A DNA stretch of 62,993 nt, filler included, from Chiloscyllium plagiosum (GCF_004010195.1; 4 parts of one record of this genome joined end to end with filler, not necessarily neighbours in it); one strand, 5' to 3'. Shown: positions 12,083-24,340, counted from the whole stretch's first letter. The notes: generated from the letters alone by a model not told the origin. Numbers and translations are program-made.

Positions 12083-12776
12083 TGTTTTTACTCAGCTTGA
12101 CTTTCAGAGGGTTGTCTGTAGGATGTGCTTGCCGCTCTGCCGGAGGGGAAGGAGCGTCCACCGGGCCCTTAACACGAGTGTGATGACTCCACCCTTTTTC
12201 AGCAGTTCGGACAGCTGTTTCAGTAGTCAGGAGGATTAGGAACGGTCCCTCCCAGCTTGGGTGCATTTTGGTATCTTTCCAGGTTTTGATCAGGACCCAA
12301 TCACCCGGTCGTATCCGATGTACGGCGAACTCAGATGCAGGTGTCTGGGTCAACAGACCCTTCTTCCTAAGGACAGACAAAGAACAGCCGAGCGCCACAA
12401 TATAATTCTTTAAAAACTTATCATTGAACTCTACAGTTGGTAATTGTCCTGTCACTTCCTCATCATTTCCCCTAATTAGGGTTGGCTCAAAAATAGGCAC
12501 TAAGATTTCTTCGCCTATTACTCCAGAAACCCTGCGATTCTTGTTAGTCAATTTAACACCGGTAGGTCTAAAACTTAGGGATGATGGTGCCGCTCCCGTG
12601 TCCACCAAAAATACTGTCTCCTCCCCTTCAGGTCCCACCTTTAGATTTATCAAGGGTTCCAGGTGGGTCTCAGGAGGAAGGAACCCCTGACTCCCCTCGT
12701 CCTCAACGAAGGTCATTAGGGAAACAGTTTCCCTTTCTCGTGCTAATCCAGGGCATTCCCGGTTTAAATGCCCCAT
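12069..12776 (-). pseudogene. pol: Open NC-protease-integrase C-terminal fusion ORF (RT, RNase H and IN core deleted)
   Basis: Protease FLVDTGA joins at ~VTGQLPTVEF to the IN C-terminus PGDWVLIK...WEGPFLILLTTETAV...WSHHTRVK. Confidence 0.85.
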
Positions 12777-13950
12777 TTTTCCGCAATGGTAACATCCTGC
12801 CTGTTGCCTCCTTCCCTGGATGTCCGTCCTTTGTATTTAGTGTCCTCCCCTATCCTTCTGTTTTCCCCGATCCCTGTCTCCTTTTTGTTATTTCCACCAT
12901 CGTTTTGGCTTTCTGATTCTGCTTCTCGTCTTCCCTTTTCACATACACTTCCTGTGTCTCAGGTAACAATTCTTCTATCTGTCTTTTACTCCATCCATCT
13001 AACTTCTGTAATTTCTTTTGTATGTCCGGCCATGATTCAGTTACAAACTGGACCTTTAAGAGTCCCTGTGCTATCGATTATCGGGGTCCATTCCCGAATA
13101 TTTCCTTGTGGCCTCCTTGAGCCTTTTAAGAAATGCAGAAGGGTTTTCATCCTTCTCTTGTCGTACTTCGAAAGCCTTAACAAGGTTTTGTGATCTAGGT
13201 GCCGCCTCTTTAATTATCAATATTACAATTTCCCTTAGATCCTATCGGATCCTCTATCAGAAGTTTCATTTCCTTAAAAGCCCTAACTTCACTATTAGTT
13301 AAGGGAGCGTTTACGTAGCCTATTTGTCCGTCCCCAATCGGGACCGCTCTTAAGGGACATAATTTTATATTTTCCATTATCTCCTCCGTTACGTATGGTG
13401 GCTCGATTGACTCTGGGCCCCCTAGGTTCTGCATCTTTTAGCTCAGAGCCCGTTTCTCTTTCAGTTACTGGAGTTGCTTTCGGCTCTGGGGCCGTAGTCT
13501 GGCTATAGAGGAGGGTATGGGGGCGGTAAACAGGTTAAGGGATCCCATTGTGGTTTCCCTTGTTCATTCTTTTCTTGCTCTTTCCCTGATTCTTCCGCCT
13601 TCATGGGATATAATTTTACCCCCCCCACCCCCCATCCAGCAAGCCACATATTCTGACTCTTCTTGACTGTATGTTTCTTTCCAATTGACGTATATATTTA
13701 GATCTTGGCACAGACAATCTTCTTCGGACCCATATTTGGGCCAAAAAAATAATAACAGACTCCTTAATGCTTTCTCGAATCCAGACAAAACAACAATAGT
13801 TTATCATTATAGCCATATCTTTCCCTCGCGTCCGGGAGTTGTGTACCCAATTTCCCAACATTTTCCCCAAAGGACTGTCGGGCGGAATATATTCCCCTTT
13901 AACGTTATTTACAGATGGTCGCTACACAGGCAGATCCCCGTGCCTCCCAT
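12696..13950 (-). pseudogene. gag: ERV gag (frameshifted; capsid N-terminal domain largely deleted)
   Basis: Met-Gly start, matrix WPKYGS motif, PPPY late domain (~13515), capsid start PLRAVP, MHR VRQEKDENPSAFLKRL, and CCHC knuckle CYHCGKMGHLNREC. Confidence 0.85.
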
Positions 13951-14369
13951 TGTTGCTAATTTAATTAATCTTAACGAGGTCCGGTGCCACCTTCTTCCAC
14001 ACCCACTTCAGGGTCCTGACTAGACACCTTACTCGTCCGATTAATCTGACCAATTATATGCTTTTTGAGACTTCAACTGCTCTCCATAAATCACTTTTAT
14101 GTAAGGAAAAAGAGATTAGTTAGAAACTGATAATAAGGCAGTCATGACCTGTAAAAAGAACAGGAGTTAACATTTTATTTCATAATCTGTAAAATACTTA
14201 ACCTTAATAGAAATCATGTTAAAATTTCCATCGTAGAAATCAGATTCAAAACAGTCCCGGATCTCAAGCTCCAGGGAACAAAGCACAAACATTCAATCAC
14301 CAACAAACAAATGTGAATTCAAACCGAATCACAAAAGGGTTAAACTTTCTACTGCCTGTACAGCTCTTT

Positions 14370-14400
<31 letters not shown>

Positions 14401-14926
14401 CACCATATCTCACAGACACGTTTGAGCTTCCCACAACCACTTCGCTAGCTTTTGAATGTTTTTCTGGACGTCTGGCCATAAGTTAGTTACGAAGTGCACC
14501 CTCGGTAGCCCTTCAGCTACTAGCCCTTCTGACACGGGCTGTTTCCATTGATATATGCTTTGTTTTATATCTCGCCAATTCCCCGTACTTTTTGTACGTC
14601 CCGACCACCAAGGCAATACTTAAAGGTCTCTTTTTTTTACCTTGGTCTGTGCAAAGAGTTACCTGGTCGTTTCAGTGCGCCCCGTCCCGCGGCAATTCCT
14701 GCAGCAAATACCGCTGGCCTCAGTCGCCCGGATATGTCCTTTAAGACCTTTCCATACAAGGGTCTTGTGCACAGGGGTTGCCCGATCGAACCAGCCGCGT
14801 CTGCCCCCCTTGTTTCTAGGGTCTCCCAGTCCGGATCGTACTCGCCCAAACCACGAGCGGCAAACAAGGGAGTCGGAGATGCACCTCCCCCGTCGTCCCA
14901 AGAGTGTCGAGCAGTCGGAGTTTTGA

Positions 14927-14946
14927 ATCCCGGAACGAGGCCCCCA
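14927..14946 (-). promoter_or_regulatory. Primer binding site, tRNA-Pro-like
   Basis: TGGGGGCCTCGTTCCGGGAT versus canonical tRNA-Pro PBS TGGGGGCTCGTCCGGGAT, 2 nt after the LTR CA. Confidence 0.85.
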
Positions 14947-14948
14947 AT

Positions 14949-15485
14949 TGTGAGAAACAGAACTCACTTGGAAATCAGCCTAAGACAAAGCCTTGGAAAC
15001 AAGAACAATTTATTACGGCCTTGCAAGTACTGGACGCCTCTGCAATCAAGCAAAAATGCGCGCGTAACAAAGCATGTAAACTTTCTTTGTTCAGTTTGCA
15101 AGTTGCTGAATCATGCCTCCCTTTTCTCATTGGTCTAATCTCATCCTATCATAAGCCGATTACCTCACTTGTTTTTTTTTCTCTCTAGTTATTTTCTTAT
15201 CTGGCCATCCAGCTGTCCTTGTATGTTTGCATTCTTTGATCCTTGTTTGTTACAGCTTGTTCTTTTATCCAGTTTCTCTTATCATACTATAAGCTTTATT
15301 GTGAAATGCCCCTGCTGCTTGTTTTGTGGTCAGCTAAAACCCTTCATAGTTATTTCCTAGCTTAAAACTATTTTCTATAAAAGTATGCTATATGCTACAA
15401 GAATGCCGCGACCATTTGTATAATGTCCCACCCCCGCAACAGCCCACCCCACCACCTGCAGAAGCTACATTTCTAAACCCCCACA
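14949..15485 (-). repeat. ERV 5' LTR (537 bp, TG...CA)
   Basis: Begins TGTGGGGG and ends TCTCACA next to the PBS. Has a CCAAT at ~15130 and AATAAA at ~15010. 15200-15485 matches the 3' LTR. Confidence 0.9.
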
Positions 15486-15992
15486 GTAGGTGCCGAATGG
15501 CCTTGCTCCTAGCTCCTATTGAAGTACAGCATGGCTATGATTGAGTTATACAGGGCATGCTCCTGGAGTGAGGTCGGTTAGCTCAGCTGGCTGGGCAGTT
15601 AACTTACCACACTAGCTACAGTTACTCTGAAGGACTCTCCTGTGCAACCTCTCCCCTCAGCTGGGGCATGGTGACCCTCTGATTAAAACACCAGCAGACA
15701 CCGCACTGTAATGAGGAGCTGTCCCATTCTCTGGTAAGACTATGGTGACATTACATTGGTTTATACCTGGAGCACTGTGTGCAGGACTAGTCACTGCATT
15801 GCCAGAGGGATGTTAGTGTGTGGGGAAGGTTTACTGGACGAATCCCCACTGGAATGAGCAGCACTCTCTTTCCCCCAGTTAAGTCACTCTTGCAGCTTTT
15901 GTGTCTTTGGAGACACAAGGACCAATTCACCTGAAACAGCAGCTGGATTTTATATTCATGGGCACCTGATAAGATTGGCTAGTTTCTCCACG

Positions 15993-17085
15993 CTCTCTCA
16001 CACACATACACACACNNNNNNNNNNNNNNNNNNNNNNNNNNNNNNNNNNNNNNNNNNNNNNNNNNNNNNNNNNNNNNNNNNNNNNNNNNNNNNNNNNNNN
16101 NNNNNNNNNNNNNNNNNNNNNNNNNNNNNNNNNNNNNNNNNNNNNNNNNNNNNNNNNNNNNNNNNNNNNNNNNNNNNNNNNNNNNNNNNNNNNNNNNNNN
16201 NNNNNNNNNNNNNNNNNNNNNNNNNNNNNNNNNNNNNNNNNNNNNNNNNNNNNNNNNNNNNNNNNNNNNNNNNNNNNNNNNNNNNNNNNNNNNNNNNNNN
16301 NNNNNNNNNNNNNNNNNNNNNNNNNNNNNNNNNNNNNNNNNNNNNNNNNNNNNNNNNNNNNNNNNNNNNNNNNNNNNNNNNNNNNNNNNNNNNNNNNNNN
16401 NNNNNNNNNNNNNNNNNNNNNNNNNNNNNNNNNNNNNNNNNNNNNNNNNNNNNNNNNNNNNNNNNNNNNNNNNNNNNNNNNNNNNNNNNNNNNNNNNNNN
16501 NNNNNNNNNNNNNNNNNNNNNNNNNNNNNNNNNNNNNNNNNNNNNNNNNNNNNNNNNNNNNNNNNNNNNNNNNNNNNNNNNNNNNNNNNNNNNNNNNNNN
16601 NNNNNNNNNNNNNNNNNNNNNNNNNNNNNNNNNNNNNNNNNNNNNNNNNNNNNNNNNNNNNNNNACACACACACACACACAAACACAGAGTGGGCGACAC
16701 ACACACTCACACAGAGAGGGCGACACACACACACACACAGAGAGGGCGACACACACACACACACATAGACACAATCTCTCACACAGACCTCTCTCACACA
16801 CATACACCCAGATACACTCTCTCTCACACACAGACACTCTCTCACACACACATACACACTCTCACACACACAATCATACTCTCTCTCACACACACTTATA
16901 CACTCTCACACACACCCTCACTCTCACATATATGCACACACAGACACACAGTCTCACATAAACACACACTTTCTCTCTCACTCTCTCACGCACACACATA
17001 CAGACACACAGAGATACACATGCATCCACTCTCTCACACACACAAACACGGAAATCTCTCTCTCTCTCACACACACACACACAAA
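15993..17085. repeat. (CA)/(CT)-rich low-complexity microsatellite spanning an N gap
   Basis: Direct inspection; gap at 16016-16664. Confidence 0.9.
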
Positions 17086-17729
17086 ACTCTAAAGGCATGA
17101 TTGAGGTTTTGATGGAGAAATGTTTTCTCTGAGGATTGAACTGTGATCTCGCATGATGACTGCTCCAGGGAGACAGACAGCAGATACAGATGACTTGTTG
17201 GATCTTCCTGTGCACCATCACTTGCATCGACAGTATTAGTCTGTTTGGGTGTTTGCTTTTCTAAAACGTCTCCAAGCAACAAGTGACAATAGATTAATGA
17301 AAGTTTTCCTCCAAACCATGTTTCAGACACATGCTGATGTTATTTTTCAATGATTTTTAAAATGTTCTGAAATGGGGAGTTGTTTCCATTTCAAATTACA
17401 ACACCAGAGCGCCTTGGGGAATTGCATCTGTTCCTTTCTACCCTCTGCACGCTGTACCGCCAGATAGTTCTCCGTCAGTACCTCAGAAAGTGCTCACCCA
17501 ATGCCTAAGAATGCAGCACTTTGTTATATTTAACTCTCAAAACCCCTCAGACAGTAGCTCCACAAAACATTCACATCCTCAACACTTCAGGATGCAGCCC
17601 AGCTCCCCATCTCAAACTGCGTTCAAACCCCTTCAGACTGTAAGGACTCACATCCACCCCTGTCCAAGATTGGAGCCCAGGTCCCCAGAACATTACTTAT
17701 CTCTCTGGATTAATTTTAGAATTCCTACA

Positions 17730-17965
17730 TTGTAGAAGCAAGCCATTCCGTCCATTGGCTCTGCACTGACTGTCTGAACAGCATTCCACCCAGACTCACA
17801 TCCTCTATTCTTCCCTGTAATGCTGCATTTCCCATGGTAACTTAGGACTGTGGGAGGAAACTGGAGCACCCGGAGGAAACCTGCACAGATGCAGAGAGAA
17901 TGTGTAAACCCCACATAGACAGTCACCAGGAGTTAGAATCAAACCACTGAGGCACCGTGCTGTCA
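17730..17965 (-). mobile_element. Decayed HE1-type SINE
   Basis: GGACTGTGGGAGGAAACTGGAGCACCCGGAGGAAACC core. Confidence 0.75.
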
Positions 17966-17999
17966 TCTCTAGCTGGATGTCATGTCATCTAACCTTTTA

Positions 18000-19350
18000 C
18001 TTAGCAGTCACCCATGTGGAACCTTCTTATCTGCCTTCTTGATCATCCCTTCAAAAGCTCTATCAAGTTGGACACATAATTTCCACAAACAAAGCCAAGC
18101 TGACGATCTCTAATCAATTCTTGCTTTTCCAAATGCATCTAAATTGTCTCTCAGAATGCACTCCAACAGCTGAACCACCACTGCCATCAGGCTCACAGCT
18201 CCATAGTTCAATGGCTGTTCCTGGCTTCAATAATGGCACATCATTAATCACCCTCCAGTCTTCAGGCACCTCACCCGTTGCCGCTGATCAGTCCATCTGA
18301 CAAGGCCATCTCTATCCTTCTGTAACCTCGGGCTATAGATTAGAATAGATTAGATTACTTACAGTGTGGAAACAGGCCCTACGGCCCAACAAGTCCACAC
18401 CGCCCCGCCGAAGCGCAACCCACCCATACCCCTACACATCTACCCCGTACCTAACACTACGGGCAATTTAGCATGGCCAATTCACCTGACCTGCACATCT
18501 TTGGACTGTGGGAGGAAACTGGAGCACCCGGAGGAAACCCACACAAACACGGGGAGAATGTGCAAACTCCGCACAGTCAGTCAGTATTTATCACCCCACC
18601 AATCTTCATATCATTCATGAACCCAATGATTAACCATCCATCATTCAAATCTAAATAATTTCTATCAACCACATCAGCAAGACCCCAACAGTGAGACATG
18701 AACGAACAGATTTCTAATTCGACCATCACTGTCTGCTTCCTGCCACTCAACATTCTGTGCCAAATTCCTTGGATCTTGAGTTTTTATGTTCACTATCTGT
18801 TTCCAGTATGGGTCCTGATAAAAGCCTTACTGACCTCCAAGCAGATGACAGGAAAGTCTTGCCCTTATTTTCACACCTGGTCACCTCGCTAAAAAGTGCA
18901 ATCCCATTGGTCGGACCTGACCTCCCTTTAACAGAACCATTCTGACTGGTCTTCATGAACTCCAGTCTCTTGAAATGCTGATTAATTCTATCTCCCAAAA
19001 TTGCTTCCAACAGACGTCCCACCCACGATATTAGCCTGACTGGCCTAGAGCTGCCTGGTATATCCCATGATTCCTTCTTGAATAACAGTATCACATAGTC
19101 AGTCCGACGACTCCTCTCCTGTGGCCAGAGGGGTTTTGAAAATGTTTGCAAGTGTACATGCTACTTCCTCCATTACTTCATTTGCTTAACTGAGATACAT
19201 TTCCACCGTCTTTGGAGATTTATTGGGTTTTAAGAAGGCCAGACCACTCAGAATCATCTCTCTCTATATATATGTGAATTCATTTAATTGTATCACAGAA
19301 CATCTCCACGATTTCATATCAACCCTAACCCAATGAGCATTGACAAACTG
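18000..19350 (-). mobile_element. Decayed CR1 RT fragments with an HE1 SINE inserted (18337-18580)
   Basis: Minus ORF LFKKESWDIPGSSRPVRLISWVGRLLEAILGDRI. The SINE has an (ATTAG)n tail and core. Confidence 0.8.
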
Positions 19351-20060
19351 CATCCATTCACTATAGCCTCTGGGTCCATGCACAAATTCTCACTGTGTTC
19401 CACAACCTACTCTTCTCTCATTATCAATTCACCCTTAACGTCACTGTAAAGTCCTTTTAGATTTTTATTTCCTCCCTTAGCAATCCTCTCTCCCAGGCAA
19501 TTAGCCTGCGATGCGATTTGGAGGAGTGTAGGATGCCATTCTGGATACAGATTAGCATTGGGAAGCTCAGAAATAAAGAACACACGACTGTGCTGAGTGT
19601 GGGGCAGTGGGATTCATTTGGTAAGAGCACAGGGAAGCTGAGGAATAAACCTCAGCCCTGCAGAATGAAAATATCCCGTTGAGCTAGCAGGTCAGTCACT
19701 CGAAACGAAAACTCGATCCCTGGGAAAAGAGGGTGGAACCACTTCAGGTTCAATAATCAAATGAAGACGGTCTGTTTGAACACAGTCTCTGGAGTCTGGA
19801 GGTGGAAATCATTGCTGAGCAGGGTGTGAAGGACGCAGAGGCAGAACAAGTTCAGATATTCCTCTTAGACCACAAGACATGGGAGCAGAAGTTAGGCCAT
19901 TCAGCCCATCTGATAGTGTGGCATTCACTCAGTACCGACTCTCTTACAATGCAGTATCCCCCAGACTGATGCGCTGACAGTGCAGCACTCCCTCAGTAAT
20001 GACTCTCTGACAGTGTGGCACTCCATCAGTACTGACCATCTGACAATGCGGCACTCCCTC

Positions 20061-20760
20061 AGAACGGATACTCAAAAAATACAGTGCGCATATTCCTCAA
20101 GAACAAACCACGACAAGCAGACCAAACACAGCCAGAAATCCTAACCACCTTACCATACATCAAAGATGTTTCAGAAATGACAGCCAGACTACTAAGACCC
20201 CTCGGAATCCAAATAGCACACAAACCCACCAACACTCTCAAACAAAAACTTAAAAGACCCAGTACATCCCATAGACAAAACCAACGTCATCTACACATTT
20301 CCGTGCAAGGACTGCCACAAACACTACGTAGGACAAATATGAAGAAAGTTAGCCACCAGGATACACGAACACCAGCTACCCACAAAACGACACGACCCTC
20401 TCTCCCTCGTAGCCCTACACACGGATGAAAAAAGACAACATTTCGACTGAGATGCTACATCTATCCCGTTACAGGCTAAGCAAAGGCTTGCCAGAGAATT
20501 CCAAGAGGCCGGGCACTCGAACCACAACGCCAGAAACAAACACGTAGATCTAGTTGCCATCTACCAACCCCTCAGAAAACGAACAGGAAATGACATCACC
20601 ACAAACCCCAGGAACCCCATCCAGGAGAAAGATATAAATAGAAAGCAGGAGACAAGAGCTTCGCTTCACTTGGAGGTCGCCACTGATGATGTTACCTAGC
20701 CAGGTAATGAAACGACTGGATATCAAACCGACAGCTCAGCGAGCAAATCTACACCCAAAA
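20061..20760 (+). mobile_element. Penelope-like element 3' part (GIY-YIG endonuclease plus terminal repeat)
   Basis: NGY...LPYIKDVSE, NVIYTFPCKDCHKHYVGQ, RIHEHQ, HFD; hammerhead core in the 3' UTR. Confidence 0.88.
20683..20716 (+). ncRNA. Hammerhead ribozyme core (Penelope-associated)
   Basis: CTGATGA - stem TTACCT/AGGTAA - GAAAC. The GTC cleavage triplet appears mutated to GAC. Confidence 0.65.
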
Positions 20761-21003
20761 CCTCCCTCAGTACTGACCTTCTGACAGTGCAGCACTGCCC
20801 ACATATTGACCCTCTGACATTGCGGCAATCCCTCATTACTGACCCCCTGACAGTGAAGCACTCCCTCAGTAGTGACCCTCTGACAGTGCTGCATACCCTC
20901 AGTACTGACTCTCTGACAGTGCAGCACTCCCTCAGTCCTGACCCTCTGACAGTGCAGCACTCCCTCAGTACTGAACCCCTGACAGTGCAGCACTCCCTCA
21001 GTA

Positions 21004-21103
21004 NNNNNNNNNNNNNNNNNNNNNNNNNNNNNNNNNNNNNNNNNNNNTTAATTAATTAANNNNNNNNNNNNNNNNNNNNNNNNNNNNNNNNNNNNNNNNN
21101 NNN
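21004..21103. other. Scaffolding spacer N-TTAATTAATTAA-N (also 33583-33682 and 52901-53000)
   Basis: Identical 100-bp spacers with a six-frame stop linker. Confidence 0.95.
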
Positions 21104-24100
21104 TCTTGAGGGGCTGAATGTTTCTGTGCACCAGTTTACAGCAGTAAGTAGCCTCCAACTGTTCCTGTCTAGCAGGTTTGAGGCCCTGAATGGAACACAG
21201 AAACATGGTACTGAGTAACAGGAGTGGGTCATTAGACACTTTGACGCTTCTCCCCCAGGCACCACAACAAAGAGCACCCGAGCTACAAATCTTCACCCAA
21301 ACGTTGAACTAAGATTGTGGCTGATCAGGTTTTGGCTCATCCCCACTTTCCTATCTGTGTCCCATTATCCGTGACTCACTTTCCTGTCAAATATTTAACT
21401 AACGCAGCTTTCAATCAATGTGATCATAGAGGCACAATAAACTTCCAGTGAAGAGAATTCCCACTTGAAAGGTACTTTCAGAATTTTTCGTCATCCCTCT
21501 TATAGAATCAGAGAGTCATGCAGAACGGAAACAGACCCGTTAGTCCAATCTGTTCACTCCGATCAGATATCAAATCTGATCCAGTCCCATTTGCCAGCAT
21601 TTGGCCAATAACCCTCCTCTTTCAGATACTTCTGAAATGTACGATTGTAACCGCCTTCACCACTTCCTCAAACAGCACTTTCTGTAGACACACCACTCTC
21701 TTTGTGAAACATTTATCTTCAGGTCCCTTCTAAATCATTCGCCCTCTCCCCTTCAACCTATGCCCTCTTGTTCTGGACTCCCCTATCCTGAGGAACAGAA
21801 CGTGGCTGTTCAGAATATCCATGTCCCTGATGGTTTTATAAACCTCTACAATGTCACACCTCAGCCTTTGCCACTCCAGGGGGGAAGCACCTCAACCTAA
21901 TCAACATCTCCCTAATGCTCAAACCTACAGTCCTGGAACAACTGTGTCCATGTTTTCTGCAGAAAACCGAGTTGTACACAGTATTCCTAAAGTGGCCTCA
22001 CCAACACCCTGTACAGATGCAACATGCCACCCGAACTCCTATACTCAATGCTCTGACTGATTAAGGGAAATGAGCCAAATGTGTTCTGTCCCACTCTGTC
22101 TACCTGCGACTCCATTTTCAAGGAACTATGCACCTGCAGTCCTAGGTCCCTTTGTTCCGCAACACTCCCCAGGACCTTACCACCAAGTGTATAATTTCTG
22201 CACTATTTGACTTCCAAAACTGCAAAACCTTGTATTTATCTAAATTAAACTTCAACTGTCACTCCTTGCCCCTTTGTCCCATCTAATTGTGGTCTCGTTG
22301 TACTCTGAAATAATCTACTACACCACCTTTCTGATGTAACCTGTAAACTTACTAACTATGGCCCCAATATTCACATCTAAATCCTTTACATAAATGATGA
22401 AATGCAGTGAACTCAGTACTGATTCTTACAGCACACTGCTGCTCACAAGCCTCCAGTCTGAAAAATATCCCTCTTCCTTCAAGCCAATTGTGACTAGCTT
22501 CTTCTGTACCCATGTGACCGAACCTTACTAATCTGTCTACCAATCAGAATGAAATACTAACTATGAAGAGCGGCTGAGTAGGTTAGTTTTATTTTCACAA
22601 GTATAAAGGAGATTGAGGGTGGACCTCATTGAGATTTGCAAATTCATGAAGTGTTTCGACAGGGTGGATAGAGACAAGCTTTTTCCCAGGGTGAAGGATT
22701 CAATACCGAGAGGTCGTGCTTTCAAAGTGAGAGGGAAGAAGTTTAAGGGGGTTACACGCGGTAAGTACTTCACACAGAGGGTGGTGGGCGTTTGGAACGC
22801 GTTGCCAGCAGAGGTGGTAGAGGCAGGCACGGCAGATTCATTTAAGATGCGTCTGGACAGAGGTATGAGTCGGTGGGGACCAGAGGGATGCAGATGCTTA
22901 GGAATTGACCGACAGATTTAGACAGTACATTTGGATCGGCTCAGGCTTGGAGGGAGAAGGGCCTGTTCCTGGGTTCGAAATTTTCTTTGCTCTTTGTTCT
23001 TTAAATGAACACCTTGCTGAAGTCCATATACACAATGTCTACCAAACTGCCTTCATCAATCTTCTTTGTCACCTCTTCAAACAACTCAACCAAATTAATG
23101 ACCCATGATTTCCCATGCAGAAAGCTACGTTGTCTAATCCGATCAGCCCTTGCCTTCTCAAATGTATGTAAATGCTATCCCTCAGAATCCCCTCCAGCAA
23201 CTTACCCACCACTGACATCAGGCTCACCAGTCTATAGTTCCCCGGCTTTTTGGGTCACTGTTCCTTTTTCTCGTCCCACTCCTTCACTGCTCACAACAAA
23301 TGTTAAACCTGGTTGGTGATATGGCCGATGATATCGTTCTCAGACTGGGTCAGGGTCAGTTTTGGGAACAAGTCAGGTTAGTTTCTTTAATCTGCTAAAA
23401 CAACACGTTTATGATCCAGAGCAATGTTACTCCAACTATGATGGAAAGAGGAATAGCAAACTGTTTGGGTATTGTAAATATATAATCAATATTTTCCTTT
23501 CTAAAAGCAATGACACACACAGAGACCGATAAACAAAATCTCTGCAATTTTAACTGAATGAACTTTGTCCAGATATTATTGTAACTCATGACAAAAGGCA
23601 AAATTGTGAGATTGTCAAAAACGTTATTCTGATTCTGAAGATATTGTACTCACACAGCTACTAGCAATGGGATTTCATCCTGGGAGAGTTGGATTTGGCT
23701 GAATTCCCTTTGCTTTAGGCAGTGCCAGTGAATTCTGGTTCGGGATCATCGAAAGGGTAGCACGGTGGTTGGCACTGCTGCCTCACAGCACGAGGGACTT
23801 GCGTTCGATTCCACCCTTGGGTGACTGTCTGTTGGGAGTTTGTGCATTCTCCATTTTCCTGTGTGAGCTTCTAATGGGTGATCCAGTTTCTTCCCACAGC
23901 TCAAACTGTGGAGGCTCTGTGGATTGGTCATGCTAAATCGTCTGTAGTGTTCAGAGATTTCTAGTTGAGGTGCATTAGTCAGGTGTATATATATATAGGT
24001 GACTGGTATGGACTTGTTGGGCCGAATGCCTGTTTCGACACTGCAGGGATTCTATAAGAATGGTGACGATGACTGTAGATTTTTTTTAGCTCGCACACAT

Positions 24101-24335
24101 TGCTGTGATGAGGAACAATGAAGGAGTGAGAGTACAATAGGCCATTCCTTCTCAGGCAGACTACATTTTCTCCCTCTCTGAGCTGAATCACACAGTAATG
24201 TCATCCTCTCCCACACTGGACCATGTAAGGTCCCTTTTACATTGTCCACACTATGTCTCCATCACATTCCCTTTTCCATGTAGGTGCATCATTGCTGTTG
24301 TCATGCACAGAGCCATACCCTTAGCAGAAAATGGC
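21104..24335 (+). repeat. Segmental duplication copy 1 (~3.2 kb), including a minus CR1 with nested plus CR1 3' end (22555-23003) and an HE1 SINE (23755-24057)
   Basis: Colinear with 30091-33582. Confidence 0.95.
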
Positions 24336-24340
24336 CCTGA
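23395..24340 (-). pseudogene. Decayed Ig V-C1-like plus TM receptor remnant (copy at ~32595-33582)
   Basis: V-like IFCKVYGS..W and LTWSSVGEDDITV, then CEL..IHWN (copy 2), a GTGAGT donor at 23653, an acceptor at 23501, and hydrophobic FAIPLSIIVGVTLLWIINVLF. Confidence 0.4.

Larger units (their letters stand above)
10257..15485 (-). mobile_element. Class I (gamma/epsilon-like) endogenous retrovirus, internally deleted, non-autonomous
   Basis: LTR-PBS-gag-pro-IN CTD-env-PPT-LTR order on the minus strand, with diagnostic motifs in each part. Confidence 0.95.
19910..21003. repeat. ~32-bp minisatellite (CAGTGCAGCACTCCCTCAGTACTGACCCTCTGA-like) split by a Penelope insertion
   Basis: Units at 19910-20060 and 20761-21003. 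Confidence 0.9.

Noticed and set aside
14548..15138. 196-aa plus-strand ORF over the ERV leader/LTR as an accessory gene
   Set aside because: Antisense, crosses the PBS and LTR, non-ATG start, and no recognisable motif.
15927..16961. ORFs over 250 aa (also at 25850-26660, 47040-47805, 56802-57494)
   Set aside because: They span N gaps.
21048..21059. TTAATTAATTAA palindrome occurring three times
   Set aside because: Artificial scaffolding linker centred in 100-bp N spacers.
23755..23830. tRNA-like A/B boxes at SINE heads as tRNA genes
   Set aside because: They are tRNA-derived SINE heads with no complete cloverleaf.
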